64,000 nt of DNA, taken from the IMG/VR virus record IMGVR_UViG_3300030372_003010. One strand, written 5' to 3'. The DNA is from an uncultured virus (IMG/VR IMGVR_UViG_3300030372_003010). Its lineage: Duplodnaviria > Heunggongvirae > Uroviricota > Caudoviricetes. Below are positions 26,563 through 37,300 of the stretch, piece after piece. The notes under the pieces are model-generated. The model ran no database searches. It saw only the letters and a list, made by a program, of their open reading frames with translations, and was not told the origin of the DNA. The translations under genes were made by a program, and so were the position numbers. Numbering within the stretch: position 1 is the stretch's first letter; each line of letters starts with the position of its first letter.

Positions 26563-29500
26563 ATGGCTAAGTATAAAATAACAGGATTGCCTAAGATGCA
26601 AAATGGAGCTCAATCAAAAGGTAAATTGGCAAAAACAACTACATCAGAAGAAAAAGATACACCAGAAAAAATAGTTCCTCTTGGGGATATTCTTAAATAC
26701 AGTGTAGAAAAAACAGGTAGTGTACTAGAAGATTATTTTTCAGATCCTAAACTGCAGGGTGATAAAAGATTTAGACCAAGTTTAGTTATTAATAAACAGA
26801 TAAGTGATGTATACGTTGATAGTTATAATAGCTATGTAAAATATCAAAAAAGATTAAAAGATAAAAACATAATGTCTTTTCCTCAATATATGATGAAGAA
26901 GGAACTTATGGACATAGCTATTGAACATGGTGCAGATTTAGGAGCTACTGAAACTACAATGATGTGGCCATCTTTAAATGAGGATGGTACAATATCTTTA
27001 TATGACTTTGAGAAGATAGATAATATAATTTGGAAAAAAGGAAGAAAGGCACAGCAACTTAGTGATTTAGGTTTAGGTAGTGAAGAAGATCTTAATACTC
27101 AGTTTGGACAACAGTTTTATAATCATACAGTTGCTTATAATGATAGAGTTCGAAGGTATGTTGCTGAGATGTTTAATGAAGGTAAATTTCTTAAAAAAGA
27201 TATTATAGATGGTCTTACAAAAAGAGGTTTAGGTTATCCAAAATATTTAGATATTGATTTTGGTAAAGATATATCTTTTATGCAAAATCAACTTGAAAAT
27301 CTTCATAAAGCAAATTTAGATAAAGTTCAAGAAGAACTTGCAAAAAATATGCAAGCTAAAGCGGATCAACAGAAAGCGGCTAATAAGTTGTCAGTTGAGA
27401 AAACATACTATGATAAAAAACTCTGGGAAGATCAGGATAGTAATAATCCTGCCAATTATTCTCCAGGTAATACTAATCTTAACATTCCTACTATTGAAGA
27501 GCAAATGAAAGAGAATACTCAATGGCTTGCAGATAATAGAACTTATATAGGATCACCAGGAGTATCACGACTACCTGAAACTGATGCTGAGTATGAAGAA
27601 GCTGGTTACATGAAAGTAGGTGATAACTGGGTCACTGCTGATCAATTTCTTCAAGCCACTGCACAACTTGAAAATAAGAGAATAGCAGACGTTAAAAAAA
27701 CATTAAAAGATAATCCTTATGCAGTTTTAGGATTTGCACAGAATGAAGATGAGTTAAAGTTTCTTAGAGATTTAATACGTATGCCAGGTGCTTGGAAAGA
27801 AAGAGAATTAACAAATAAAGAACGTAACATACTTCGAGATAATCAAAATATAAAAGGTTTCTTTGAGTTTGTAATAAATGAAAATGAAGATGGTACAATA
27901 GACTTTAGATCTACAGAAGAATTTCTTAAACTTATGAAAGATCCTGAAGCACTTTATAATCTTGGTTTACAACTAAATCCTAGCTCTGAAGATATGACAT
28001 CAGTTAGTCTTAGAGAGCAGCGAAGATCTCTTACTTATCAGATAAATAAAGCTAAAGAAAATAAAGACTATGATACACTTGAGGAACTAAGACAAGTAAA
28101 AAATGAATTAGATGAATTAACAGCTCAAGATAAAATAGATAATCCTAATTATTATAAAAATATAACAGGAATAGCAGAATTTCCAATGTATGGTCATCAT
28201 ACTATAGGTAAGGATGGTTTGACTTATATATACAATCCTAATAGTGATAATGAAGACTTTTATGAATCTGATAATAGCATGTATAGTCCATACTATACTC
28301 CTTACTGGGCTACTCAGCCAGCATCAGGATGGGCACCACAAGTTTATCCTGAGTTACTATTCATTGGAGGACCGCAAAAAAGTGCTGCTGGTTTAGGATT
28401 TAAAGCAGCTACAAGTTTAACTAAACGTTCACTTAATTTTTTAAGTAAACCACTTCTTAATATTGGTACAAAATTACCAGGTGTTAGTGGTGCAGTAACA
28501 AGAGGTCTTTTAACTCCTGGTAATTGGTTCTTACCTGAGATGGCTACACATGCAGTTAAAGAAGATATTCCTAATCTTTATCAAAGTATAAAAGATAAAG
28601 ATGCTTTGGGTATAACTAAGAATGCTGCTTTAACTTTATTTAATACTGCTCCTTTTCTTGGCACTGCTAAAAATATAGCTGTTGGAGGTAATAAACTTAT
28701 TAGCACACCTTATAATATAGCAAACAAAAGTAATACTATTACAAGTCTTAGCTTTCCAAGTCTTTTACAATCAGCTACTTTAGGAAAACTTGGTAAACCA
28801 TCAAGATTTGATGTTATGCCTATACAGCAAGGAAGAAGTTTTAATAGAGGATCTTTTTTACAAAAAACTTATCAACCTAAATTTGATATAAATAATGTAG
28901 ATCTTGTGCCTATAAATCAAAAGACAACAGGGTTTTTAAATACGTTAGGTAACTTTAATATCAATAGATTTAATATAACTCCTGCAAAACCTAGATTAGA
29001 TTTTACTAAATCAAATACAACTTTAAAAAAATTAGGCAAATATCAAAGTAAAGGTGAGGTAGTAGTTAAAGGAACAGAAGCAGTAATAGAAGGAGGAAAA
29101 AAAATTGTTCCATATGTTACTGAAACTATAAATGCACTTAGTAAAGGTGGTAAATATGCAGGTCAGGCAAGCCGTGTTGCTAAAACTGTAGGTGGTATGC
29201 AGTATATTAATGAAGGGCTTTTAAATGCTGGAATAGATGTTGCAAACAAAGAGGCAGTACAAAATTATATAATAACTGAATTTTCAAAACCGGAGTTTAA
29301 AGATATAGACTTTACAGAGTTTGTTAACAAAGACTCACAGGTTAAAGGTCAGCTTAAGTCTAATGCTAATATTAAAATTGAACCACAAGAAGAAACAGTT
29401 CCTTTATATAGAGTTCAACCTTTTAAGTTTAATTTATTTCAAGGTGCTAATAACTATACTAAAAGTGCATTTGGTAACCCTTATCCAGATTTAGGACATT

Positions 29501-32500
29501 TTCAATTAGATCTACCATATAGAGGAGACTTTTCTTTATTTCCTAGAAAGCGTAGTAATTTTTTAGAGTTTAGTGAATACCCTATGGATGGTAGTGCAGT
29601 TTCAGGTTCTGATTATATAAGACCTATTTATTCAGATTATATAAACTTTGGAAACTATTTTGCAAGACCTAAGACACTTGATTTTCCAGAAGGTTATAGT
29701 ACAATTCCTAGTTTAATAGAAGCTCCAGGATTGTCAGTAAATCCTTGGCAGAATGAGATAGTGAAAATAGAAGTTCCAAAACTTCATATAGAAAGTTATA
29801 GAGGTAATAGTAGATTAGGATCTCAGGATCCTAACATAGATCCTATGTATGGAACTATTATTAAAAAAGATAAATTTGGTAGAAATATTGAAATTCCAAA
29901 TGATGCAATTAATCCGGGAGAGTATGTTGTACCTTTTTGGAATAAGTATTTTACTGAAGCCAGACAAATACCAGATCCTGAAAAAGATCCTGAAGGATAT
30001 AAGAAGTTAATGGATAATCCATTCTTTAGTTTTGGTATTCATGCACTTACAGGATATGGTGCTGCATCTCAACAAGAAGAAACAGAAGATAAAATAAAAG
30101 CAGGTCTCTTAGGTTCATTTGGTTTGAAAAAAGTATCACCATCAACTATTAAGTTCTTTAGTAGAATGACAGGTACTGCAAAGTCAGGTGCAAAAGCTGC
30201 ATATGATGTTACATATGGTGTAAGTACTATAGTATCTAACTTGCTTACTTCTAAAGAGTCTTTTAAATTAAGAAGAACTTTATCAAAAATAGAAAAAGAG
30301 TTAAAACCTTTAACAAAAGAAACAGATGATTTTTATGAGTTTCTTACAAGTTCAGATTTAGGTAGACAAATAATTAAGAATATAGATAATTTAACAGGTG
30401 GTAAATATAACTATCCTTTAGATTGGGAATCAAAAGCAAGCCAAGGTACTGTGTTATGGGATCAAATTAGAAAACAAAGAGATTTATTTGGTAGTAGTAA
30501 TATATATTCACCGGAAAGTATCCTAGATCCATCAGAATATTTTACTAATGACGAAATTGCTCAATTAGGAGGATATGATAAAGTAATGAGAGGATTAGAA
30601 GCTTTAGTAGGTAGCACTGGTAAAATTAAAGATTATGAAAAACTTAGTGACTTAACAGAAGAAGGTTATTTTGCTGAAGAGCTTATTCCAAAAAAAATAA
30701 AAAAGAAAAGAGGATCGTCTCTTACAAGTGGTTCATCATTTGAAGAAATGGGTGCTATGAGTGGATTTCCTTTATGGGCATTAAAAAAACTAGGAATTAC
30801 AAAAGATATAAGTAAGCAAACAACACCAATAGTTTTTATACCAACTAAAGAATTTTTTAGTGAGCTTAAATCTAATATTAAGGAACTTCAAAAAGCAATA
30901 AAGTCAGATGAGATAGCAGTAAAAGATTTGTCTTTTTCAGGAAGGGATAAAAGTGGAACATCTACATTTTTATTAAAAAATAAAGTTAGTGAAGGATTAT
31001 TGAAATTAGAAGGTTTTAATTTAACTAGAAATATTTATGATTTTGAAAAAACCTTCAATACTTTAATTGATGATAAACTTAAAAAAGTTGAAGAATTAAG
31101 AAAAAGAGCTAAAGTAAAACCTAAAGCTATTAAAGGTAAGCCTGGTGGTCATAGTCAAACATCTTTTGAGAAGGCTTTTGAAAGTAATAAATTTTATGAT
31201 GCTTATGAAAAGGACTTAGAAACAATCCGTAAAAATGCAGTTGAATTAAAAGAAAAGATAAGAAAAGACTTGAATATAACTCAAGCTTTTAATGAGTCAA
31301 CGGCTACTTTTAAAGATGAATATGGAAATGCAACAGATAAGGATACAATTCTTACAAATCGGTTTAAAGAACTTAATAAATTAATAGCTGAAGAAACTGA
31401 ACTCATAAGTTCAAAACTTGAACGAGTTATAAATCACTATGAGGGAGGTATATCTAGAAAAGAATTAGGAAAATTTAAAAATATAGATGGAAATGTTGTT
31501 GCACAAGATCCTTCTATAGGATCTTTATATAAAGATGTTAACATAGATCCAAAGGCTACTTTTAAAATAGGAGAACAGGGTGTTTGGGATATGGCAAAAG
31601 GAGAGTATGTTAATATAAAACTAGAGGCACCTTCTGGATCTGTTGAGTATAAGTTAAATCCTGAAACAAATAAACTTGTAAGAACAACTATAGATAAATC
31701 AACCTATAAAACTGCAGATGATTTAAAACTTTTAGAAGTAAACACTTCAAATATAAATCTTCTTAATAATGAAACAGGAGCTATGGTATACGGATCATCA
31801 TTATATCCTGAGTTAGGTATATCATCTTTTTCTGGAGATTTAGATGCTATAATAACAGATGTAGACTTTGCAAAAAATGTTATTGGTAATCCAAACTTTG
31901 TAGAACGAGGTTATGGTATTGGTGGCTGGGAAAATATGTCTGATGCTCAAACATTTAAGTATGGTAACACTGAAATTGATCTTAATATAATTCATACAAG
32001 AAAAGGTGCTGATGGAAAATTATACTTAGACCCTAAGTTAAGTAGAAGTGGAGAAAGATCTCTTGAAATAGAATTAATAAAACAATTTTTTCCAGATGAA
32101 TGGAAAGCTGCTCAAGATAAATTTCTACAAAAGGCACTTAAAAATAAAGAAGATCTTCCTTATGGTAGTCAAGGTATAATGGGAAAGGCATTGGAACTTG
32201 ATCTTAATATATCTTTAGATGAGTTTAATAAAAGATTTGATCCTCAAGTTAAAACTGTAATAGATGCTTATTATAATACTAAAGATAAAGGTCTAGCTCG
32301 TATAGATGAATTAATAATGATGGGTGATTCAGAGAAAATTGCTAAAGGTCAACAAGCATTTCTTAACTCTATAGGTGGTTCAGGAGTATTTAAATTAAAA
32401 ACTTATGACAAAAGTGTATTTAAAGATAAAGAAAAAAATCTTGAATTATTAAATGCGATGGGTTATAATCTCCGGTCACAAAGTATGTATAAAGATGCTA

Positions 32501-34251
32501 TTAACAGTCCTGAAAAAATGAATCTACTTGTTAATGATTATATACTAAACAATAGCATACTTTCTAGATATATTACATTGGATCTTAATAAACAGAAATC
32601 ATTAAAGGATGTATATAGTGCTATGGGTGTAGAAGGATGGAATCCAGCAATCACAAATAGAGGAGGTAGTGCTTGGGGATTTGGAGTAAATACAACTACA
32701 CTAGGGGATCCTAATTTTGGAGGAAATATTTTTGGAAACATTGTTTTAAATAATAACAAGTTAAACAAAATGAATGATCCTTTTGAAACTGTTAAATTTT
32801 TAAGAGAACGAAGAGATGGTAATAAAGAATTAACAAATGCAGAAGTAGATTTAGCATATAAAGCATTAGCTGATGCATTTAAACCTTATATAGGAGATAC
32901 AAGTGTAGAGGAATTTGCAACTATTCTTAAAGATAATTCTCAAAAACCTAAGCGTATGGGTGAGTTACTACTTCAAAAGTTTCCAGAACAGTTTATAATG
33001 AATACAAATGTTACTACAACGTATCCTAAAATGTTAGATGCGGCAATATCTTCTGGTGGTAATCCTTTAGTAAAAGACAACTTTTTAACACTTTGGAAGA
33101 CTTTTGCAGAAAATGTAAGTAAAGCATTTGACACAAAAGCAATTACTGGTAAGCATTATGGTAAGTCAATGTATGCTGCATTAATCAAAAATTTAGATAT
33201 TACAAAGCCTATAAAAATTCCAAATCAAAATGAAATTGAACTGGCTGAAGATTTAGTTGTTTTAGGAATGTTAGGACATATTGAGGCAGCACAATCTTCT
33301 TGGCAAAGATCTCAAAAACTTATAACAGAAGAAGCAAGAGCGGCAGAAGAAGGTACTCCTATGGAGATGTTTGAAGTTGCAAGTCAACTAAATCCTTTAA
33401 ATAAAGCTAATGTTCAAAGACTGCAACAGAAACGATTAGGATATTCTTATACAATAAAACCTGAAGATATACCTAATGAAGAACTTGTAGGAGCATTTAA
33501 CTATTTACAACAAAACTTAAAAAACTCTTCTAGAAAAACATTAGAAATGTTAAAACCATATGAAGATGCTATAGCTAAATTGTTAAATGTAGAAAGAGTA
33601 AATTTTGAAAATCCAGAAAGTTTAGAAAAAATTATTGAAGAAATTACAACTCTTGAAGCAAAGACTATACAACTTGAAGAAACTACAAAAAAAGTTCTTA
33701 ATAATGTAAAACCTCATTTAGCAAACTTAGTTAAAATAAGAGAAAAAGAAGAGAAGTTTTCACAGGTAATAGATGATTATGATAGAGTTATAACTTATAT
33801 AGTACTTGGTGGAGGAGCAGCTGCAGTATTAGGTGGTACTGGATATGGTGTGTTTAACTATCAAGATAAGAAAAGAAAGAAAATAAAGCGACAAGGTCAA
33901 GAATATCAACAAGGTTTAGAAAAAATCATTAAAGATCCACTTGAGATAGAACAATTCAAAAAAGATTTAAGAAAAGCAACTAGCTGGTATGGTGGTAAAA
34001 GAAGGGGTGTAGAAAGTGAAATAATGGGCAACACATCAAAAGCTAAATTAAAAACTTATATTGACAAGTATCCAGAGTTATTAGATCTTCCAGGTGTAAG
34101 AAGACAGCTATATGGTGAGGATGAAGATGATCAAGATAGAAAAGATTATTTTAAATTTGCAGAAGGAGGACAATTTATAGAGATGGAACTAGACGAAGAT
34201 GAGTTACAAAAAATGATAGAAGGCGGGTATAGAATAGAGGAAATAGATTAA
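26563..34251 (+). CDS. Giant modular cargo protein (ART-like and nucleotidyltransferase-like domains, C-terminal TM helix)
   Basis: 2562 aa; LYRVQP...GNYFA...GEYVVP; YGSS...GDLD...EIDL; hydrophobic VITYIVLGGGAAAVLGGTGYGVF; C-terminal tag domain. Confidence 0.55.
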   Translation: MAKYKITGLPKMQNGAQSKGKLAKTTTSEEKDTPEKIVPLGDILKYSVEKTGSVLEDYFSDPKLQGDKRFRPSLVINKQISDVYVDSYNSYVKYQKRLKDKNIMSFPQYMMKKELMDIAIEHGADLGATETTMMWPSLNEDGTISLYDFEKIDNIIWKKGRKAQQLSDLGLGSEEDLNTQFGQQFYNHTVAYNDRVRRYVAEMFNEGKFLKKDIIDGLTKRGLGYPKYLDIDFGKDISFMQNQLENLHKANLDKVQEELAKNMQAKADQQKAANKLSVEKTYYDKKLWEDQDSNNPANYSPGNTNLNIPTIEEQMKENTQWLADNRTYIGSPGVSRLPETDAEYEEAGYMKVGDNWVTADQFLQATAQLENKRIADVKKTLKDNPYAVLGFAQNEDELKFLRDLIRMPGAWKERELTNKERNILRDNQNIKGFFEFVINENEDGTIDFRSTEEFLKLMKDPEALYNLGLQLNPSSEDMTSVSLREQRRSLTYQINKAKENKDYDTLEELRQVKNELDELTAQDKIDNPNYYKNITGIAEFPMYGHHTIGKDGLTYIYNPNSDNEDFYESDNSMYSPYYTPYWATQPASGWAPQVYPELLFIGGPQKSAAGLGFKAATSLTKRSLNFLSKPLLNIGTKLPGVSGAVTRGLLTPGNWFLPEMATHAVKEDIPNLYQSIKDKDALGITKNAALTLFNTAPFLGTAKNIAVGGNKLISTPYNIANKSNTITSLSFPSLLQSATLGKLGKPSRFDVMPIQQGRSFNRGSFLQKTYQPKFDINNVDLVPINQKTTGFLNTLGNFNINRFNITPAKPRLDFTKSNTTLKKLGKYQSKGEVVVKGTEAVIEGGKKIVPYVTETINALSKGGKYAGQASRVAKTVGGMQYINEGLLNAGIDVANKEAVQNYIITEFSKPEFKDIDFTEFVNKDSQVKGQLKSNANIKIEPQEETVPLYRVQPFKFNLFQGANNYTKSAFGNPYPDLGHFQLDLPYRGDFSLFPRKRSNFLEFSEYPMDGSAVSGSDYIRPIYSDYINFGNYFARPKTLDFPEGYSTIPSLIEAPGLSVNPWQNEIVKIEVPKLHIESYRGNSRLGSQDPNIDPMYGTIIKKDKFGRNIEIPNDAINPGEYVVPFWNKYFTEARQIPDPEKDPEGYKKLMDNPFFSFGIHALTGYGAASQQEETEDKIKAGLLGSFGLKKVSPSTIKFFSRMTGTAKSGAKAAYDVTYGVSTIVSNLLTSKESFKLRRTLSKIEKELKPLTKETDDFYEFLTSSDLGRQIIKNIDNLTGGKYNYPLDWESKASQGTVLWDQIRKQRDLFGSSNIYSPESILDPSEYFTNDEIAQLGGYDKVMRGLEALVGSTGKIKDYEKLSDLTEEGYFAEELIPKKIKKKRGSSLTSGSSFEEMGAMSGFPLWALKKLGITKDISKQTTPIVFIPTKEFFSELKSNIKELQKAIKSDEIAVKDLSFSGRDKSGTSTFLLKNKVSEGLLKLEGFNLTRNIYDFEKTFNTLIDDKLKKVEELRKRAKVKPKAIKGKPGGHSQTSFEKAFESNKFYDAYEKDLETIRKNAVELKEKIRKDLNITQAFNESTATFKDEYGNATDKDTILTNRFKELNKLIAEETELISSKLERVINHYEGGISRKELGKFKNIDGNVVAQDPSIGSLYKDVNIDPKATFKIGEQGVWDMAKGEYVNIKLEAPSGSVEYKLNPETNKLVRTTIDKSTYKTADDLKLLEVNTSNINLLNNETGAMVYGSSLYPELGISSFSGDLDAIITDVDFAKNVIGNPNFVERGYGIGGWENMSDAQTFKYGNTEIDLNIIHTRKGADGKLYLDPKLSRSGERSLEIELIKQFFPDEWKAAQDKFLQKALKNKEDLPYGSQGIMGKALELDLNISLDEFNKRFDPQVKTVIDAYYNTKDKGLARIDELIMMGDSEKIAKGQQAFLNSIGGSGVFKLKTYDKSVFKDKEKNLELLNAMGYNLRSQSMYKDAINSPEKMNLLVNDYILNNSILSRYITLDLNKQKSLKDVYSAMGVEGWNPAITNRGGSAWGFGVNTTTLGDPNFGGNIFGNIVLNNNKLNKMNDPFETVKFLRERRDGNKELTNAEVDLAYKALADAFKPYIGDTSVEEFATILKDNSQKPKRMGELLLQKFPEQFIMNTNVTTTYPKMLDAAISSGGNPLVKDNFLTLWKTFAENVSKAFDTKAITGKHYGKSMYAALIKNLDITKPIKIPNQNEIELAEDLVVLGMLGHIEAAQSSWQRSQKLITEEARAAEEGTPMEMFEVASQLNPLNKANVQRLQQKRLGYSYTIKPEDIPNEELVGAFNYLQQNLKNSSRKTLEMLKPYEDAIAKLLNVERVNFENPESLEKIIEEITTLEAKTIQLEETTKKVLNNVKPHLANLVKIREKEEKFSQVIDDYDRVITYIVLGGGAAAVLGGTGYGVFNYQDKKRKKIKRQGQEYQQGLEKIIKDPLEIEQFKKDLRKATSWYGGKRRGVESEIMGNTSKAKLKTYIDKYPELLDLPGVRRQLYGEDEDDQDRKDYFKFAEGGQFIEMELDEDELQKMIEGGYRIEEID

Positions 34252-34280
34252 ACATTTAAGGTTTAAACATTAAACTAAAT

Positions 34281-34292
34281 TTTAGTATATTA
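34281..34292 (+). promoter_or_regulatory. Putative phage promoter motif TTTAGTATATTA
   Basis: Exact copy 16 nt upstream of ATG 34309. Confidence 0.65.
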
Positions 34293-34308
34293 TTATAAGA
34301 ATTATAAA

Positions 34309-37300
34309 ATGGCAAAGAAAAGATATAGAGTATACAGAGATGGTGGACAGACTGGACAGCAACCATCAGCTTTAAACAAGTTTGTTGAAGGTGGTATGAC
34401 TAGTGATGATCAGCAAATGCAGCTAATCATGCAAACAATTTATAGCATGATAAAAGATGAAGGTCTTGATAAGACTGCTGTTTTTGCTAGGCTTCAATCT
34501 ACAGGACTACCATCAGATTTTTTATTAAAAGCAATTGATGGAGTATATTCATATATGAACTCTATAGGAGAAAGCTTTGATGTTGATGATTCATTTAATG
34601 CTATAGCTCCATCTGCAGATGCTCCTGAACAACCCACTGAAGATCAAGGTGATGATCAAATGCAACAGATGCAAGATATGTCAATGGAAGTTGCTTCAGA
34701 AGATGATGATGAAGCTTTAGATATTGTAATGTCTGATGAAATGAGATATGGTGGAGAGCCAAATCAGTATCAAGGATTAAATAAATATTTTCAAGCAGGT
34801 GGTGAACAAACTGAGCAGCAAGAACCTGTTGAAGTTTACTTCCCAAATATGGATATAATGACTTCAACTGAAGATACACCTTATATGAAAAAGGGTGGTA
34901 TGACTAAAAAGAAGTTCATGAAGAACATTCTTAAAAGATTTGAAGAGGGTGGTGAAGAAGATGAGAATGTTAAATTAGAAAGTGCTGATAAGAAAGATAC
35001 ACCTGAAGGAAGTGTAAAAAAATATACTCAAGGATTTCTTGGAGCTATTAAGAATAAAGCTACAACTGCTGAAACAGAGAAGCTTTACAAGCTTGCAAAG
35101 CAGTCTGGTGATCCAAAGCTTATGCAAATATTAGGAGAGAATCCTGAACAAGGTCAAGGACAGCCTATGCAACCACAGCAACCTATGGCAAAGTATGGTA
35201 TGCAGAAGTATCAAGATGAAGGTGAAGTTACTAACTATAACTTAGTAGATAATAATGGTAATATAATACCTCCAGATCCTAATTATATACCACCAGGAGT
35301 TCCTACATATCCAGATTTTTCAAATTGGGATAATATGGATAGGGGTACACAATTTAGAATAATTCAACAAATGATTGCGGATCCTACTCAATTTAATCCT
35401 GAAGATATTAAAAAGTATGGACCGCAAAAGATGACTCAGGAACAAATGGATATTATTAATAGAGAAAATGCTAATAGACCTCCTGTAAGAATATCACAAG
35501 AAAGATATGGTGGAACACTACCTGCTTATCAAAAGAAAGGTGAAGTTACATTAGATGACTATATAAATACACTGATGGACTTTGAAACTAGACGAGGAAG
35601 TAGAACAGGAGGGTATTTACCAAACTATGGTATTAATATACCTAAGTATACTGATCCTGCAAAATACGGAACTAAGTATGACTATTTAGCTGATGGTGTA
35701 AGTGGTGAAGAAGCTAGAAAATTTATAATGGATGAATACTACAATGAAGGTATAGAAAATTTTGATCCAAGTGTAGCAGGTAGACTTATAGATTATAGAT
35801 ACAATACTGGTAGAAACTATAAAGACTTTTTATTATTAGATGCAGGATTAATTACTTTAGATGAGATAGCATCTGGTGACCCGGCTGTTAGAACTAAGCT
35901 AGATAATCTATGGACAACTAATGAAGCTAAGTTGATATCAGCAATGGATGATGAAGGTTATCTAAAACACTTTGATCAAACTAGAGATGAGCTTGCTAAA
36001 GATTATCAAGCTAGAATGTTAAAGAAGAATCCAAACTATGGAGATCCTTATGGAAAATCTTGGCATGATAGATCTACAATTTATTCAGGTCTTGACTATG
36101 CTAAAATAAAAGAAGCTGAGAAACGTGGATTACTAACTAAAGAAGAATCTGATAAACTTCTTAAAGAAGGGACAGCTGGTAAAGATTACATACTAGGAAC
36201 ACCAAGTTATGAGTATATTACAAGAGGCCAAGATCCTAGCTATTATGGGTATCACAATATGTTTGAGTTCTTGTTTCCTGGAAACTTTAATTATCCTGGA
36301 GGACAAAAATATACAGCACCATCTTCTTGGGGTAAACCTGTAGCTAGAGATGTATACAAGACACGTAGTATGGGATGGAATAAAGGTCAGCCAAAAAAAT
36401 GGATAGAGTATTATGAAGTACCTGAAGGAATGAATCCTGAAGATATGAAAATGATCACTCCAAAAGGTATGAGAAAAGCTGGTAGAGAGCTTAGAAAAAA
36501 TCTTAAAAAAGCTTACAGACGTGATGGTGCAAAAGGTGCGGCAAATGTATTTAGAAATGCTATGAATGCTGTATCAGGAAAGCAAGGTGAAGAAGACTCT
36601 GAAATGGATCCTACATCTAAAGACAGACAAGTTTCTAATAAACAAAGTAATCTTTCTAAAACAGAGTTGATAGATCAACAACTTATGAAAGATTCTTATT
36701 TTAAAGAGAATTGGGATGATATGTCTAACAAAGAAAAAAGAGAGGCTAGAAGAACTTTTGCTTTTGACAATGAAGAATATAGAAGACCTCGTGATAAATT
36801 TGTTTTTGGAGCACAAGGAACAAGATATAAAGAATCTAAAAGTTCAAGAAAACAAAAGATGTTTGGAGGTGAATTACCTAAAGCTCAGCTTGGGGAGGAA
36901 CATGATATGATGAAAAGTCTGGCTAAAATGATGACTGATCCTACTAATCCAATTTTAAATCCTGAAGGGTTTTCACAAAATATTGTAGATAATGCAAATT
37001 TTGTAACTCCTGGAGTTCAAGTAAATTCATCTACAGAAGCTAAAGATAATCCTGTAGCACATGACCATTCAAATCCAGATTTTAAATTTTATGAACATCC
37101 TGGAGTAAGAGATGAAAAGAAAAAGAAACAATATGTAGGTTTTAAAAACAGATCTAAAAATCAAAGAAGACTTGGTAGAGATGCTCAGTTAGGTCTTTTT
37201 AATAATGCTAGTAATATGGCTCTTGGTGTTGGAGAGGATATTAATCAAAACTGGAATGCAGCTTCATATGTTCCTGATAATTTAGGTAATGTGATGGATC

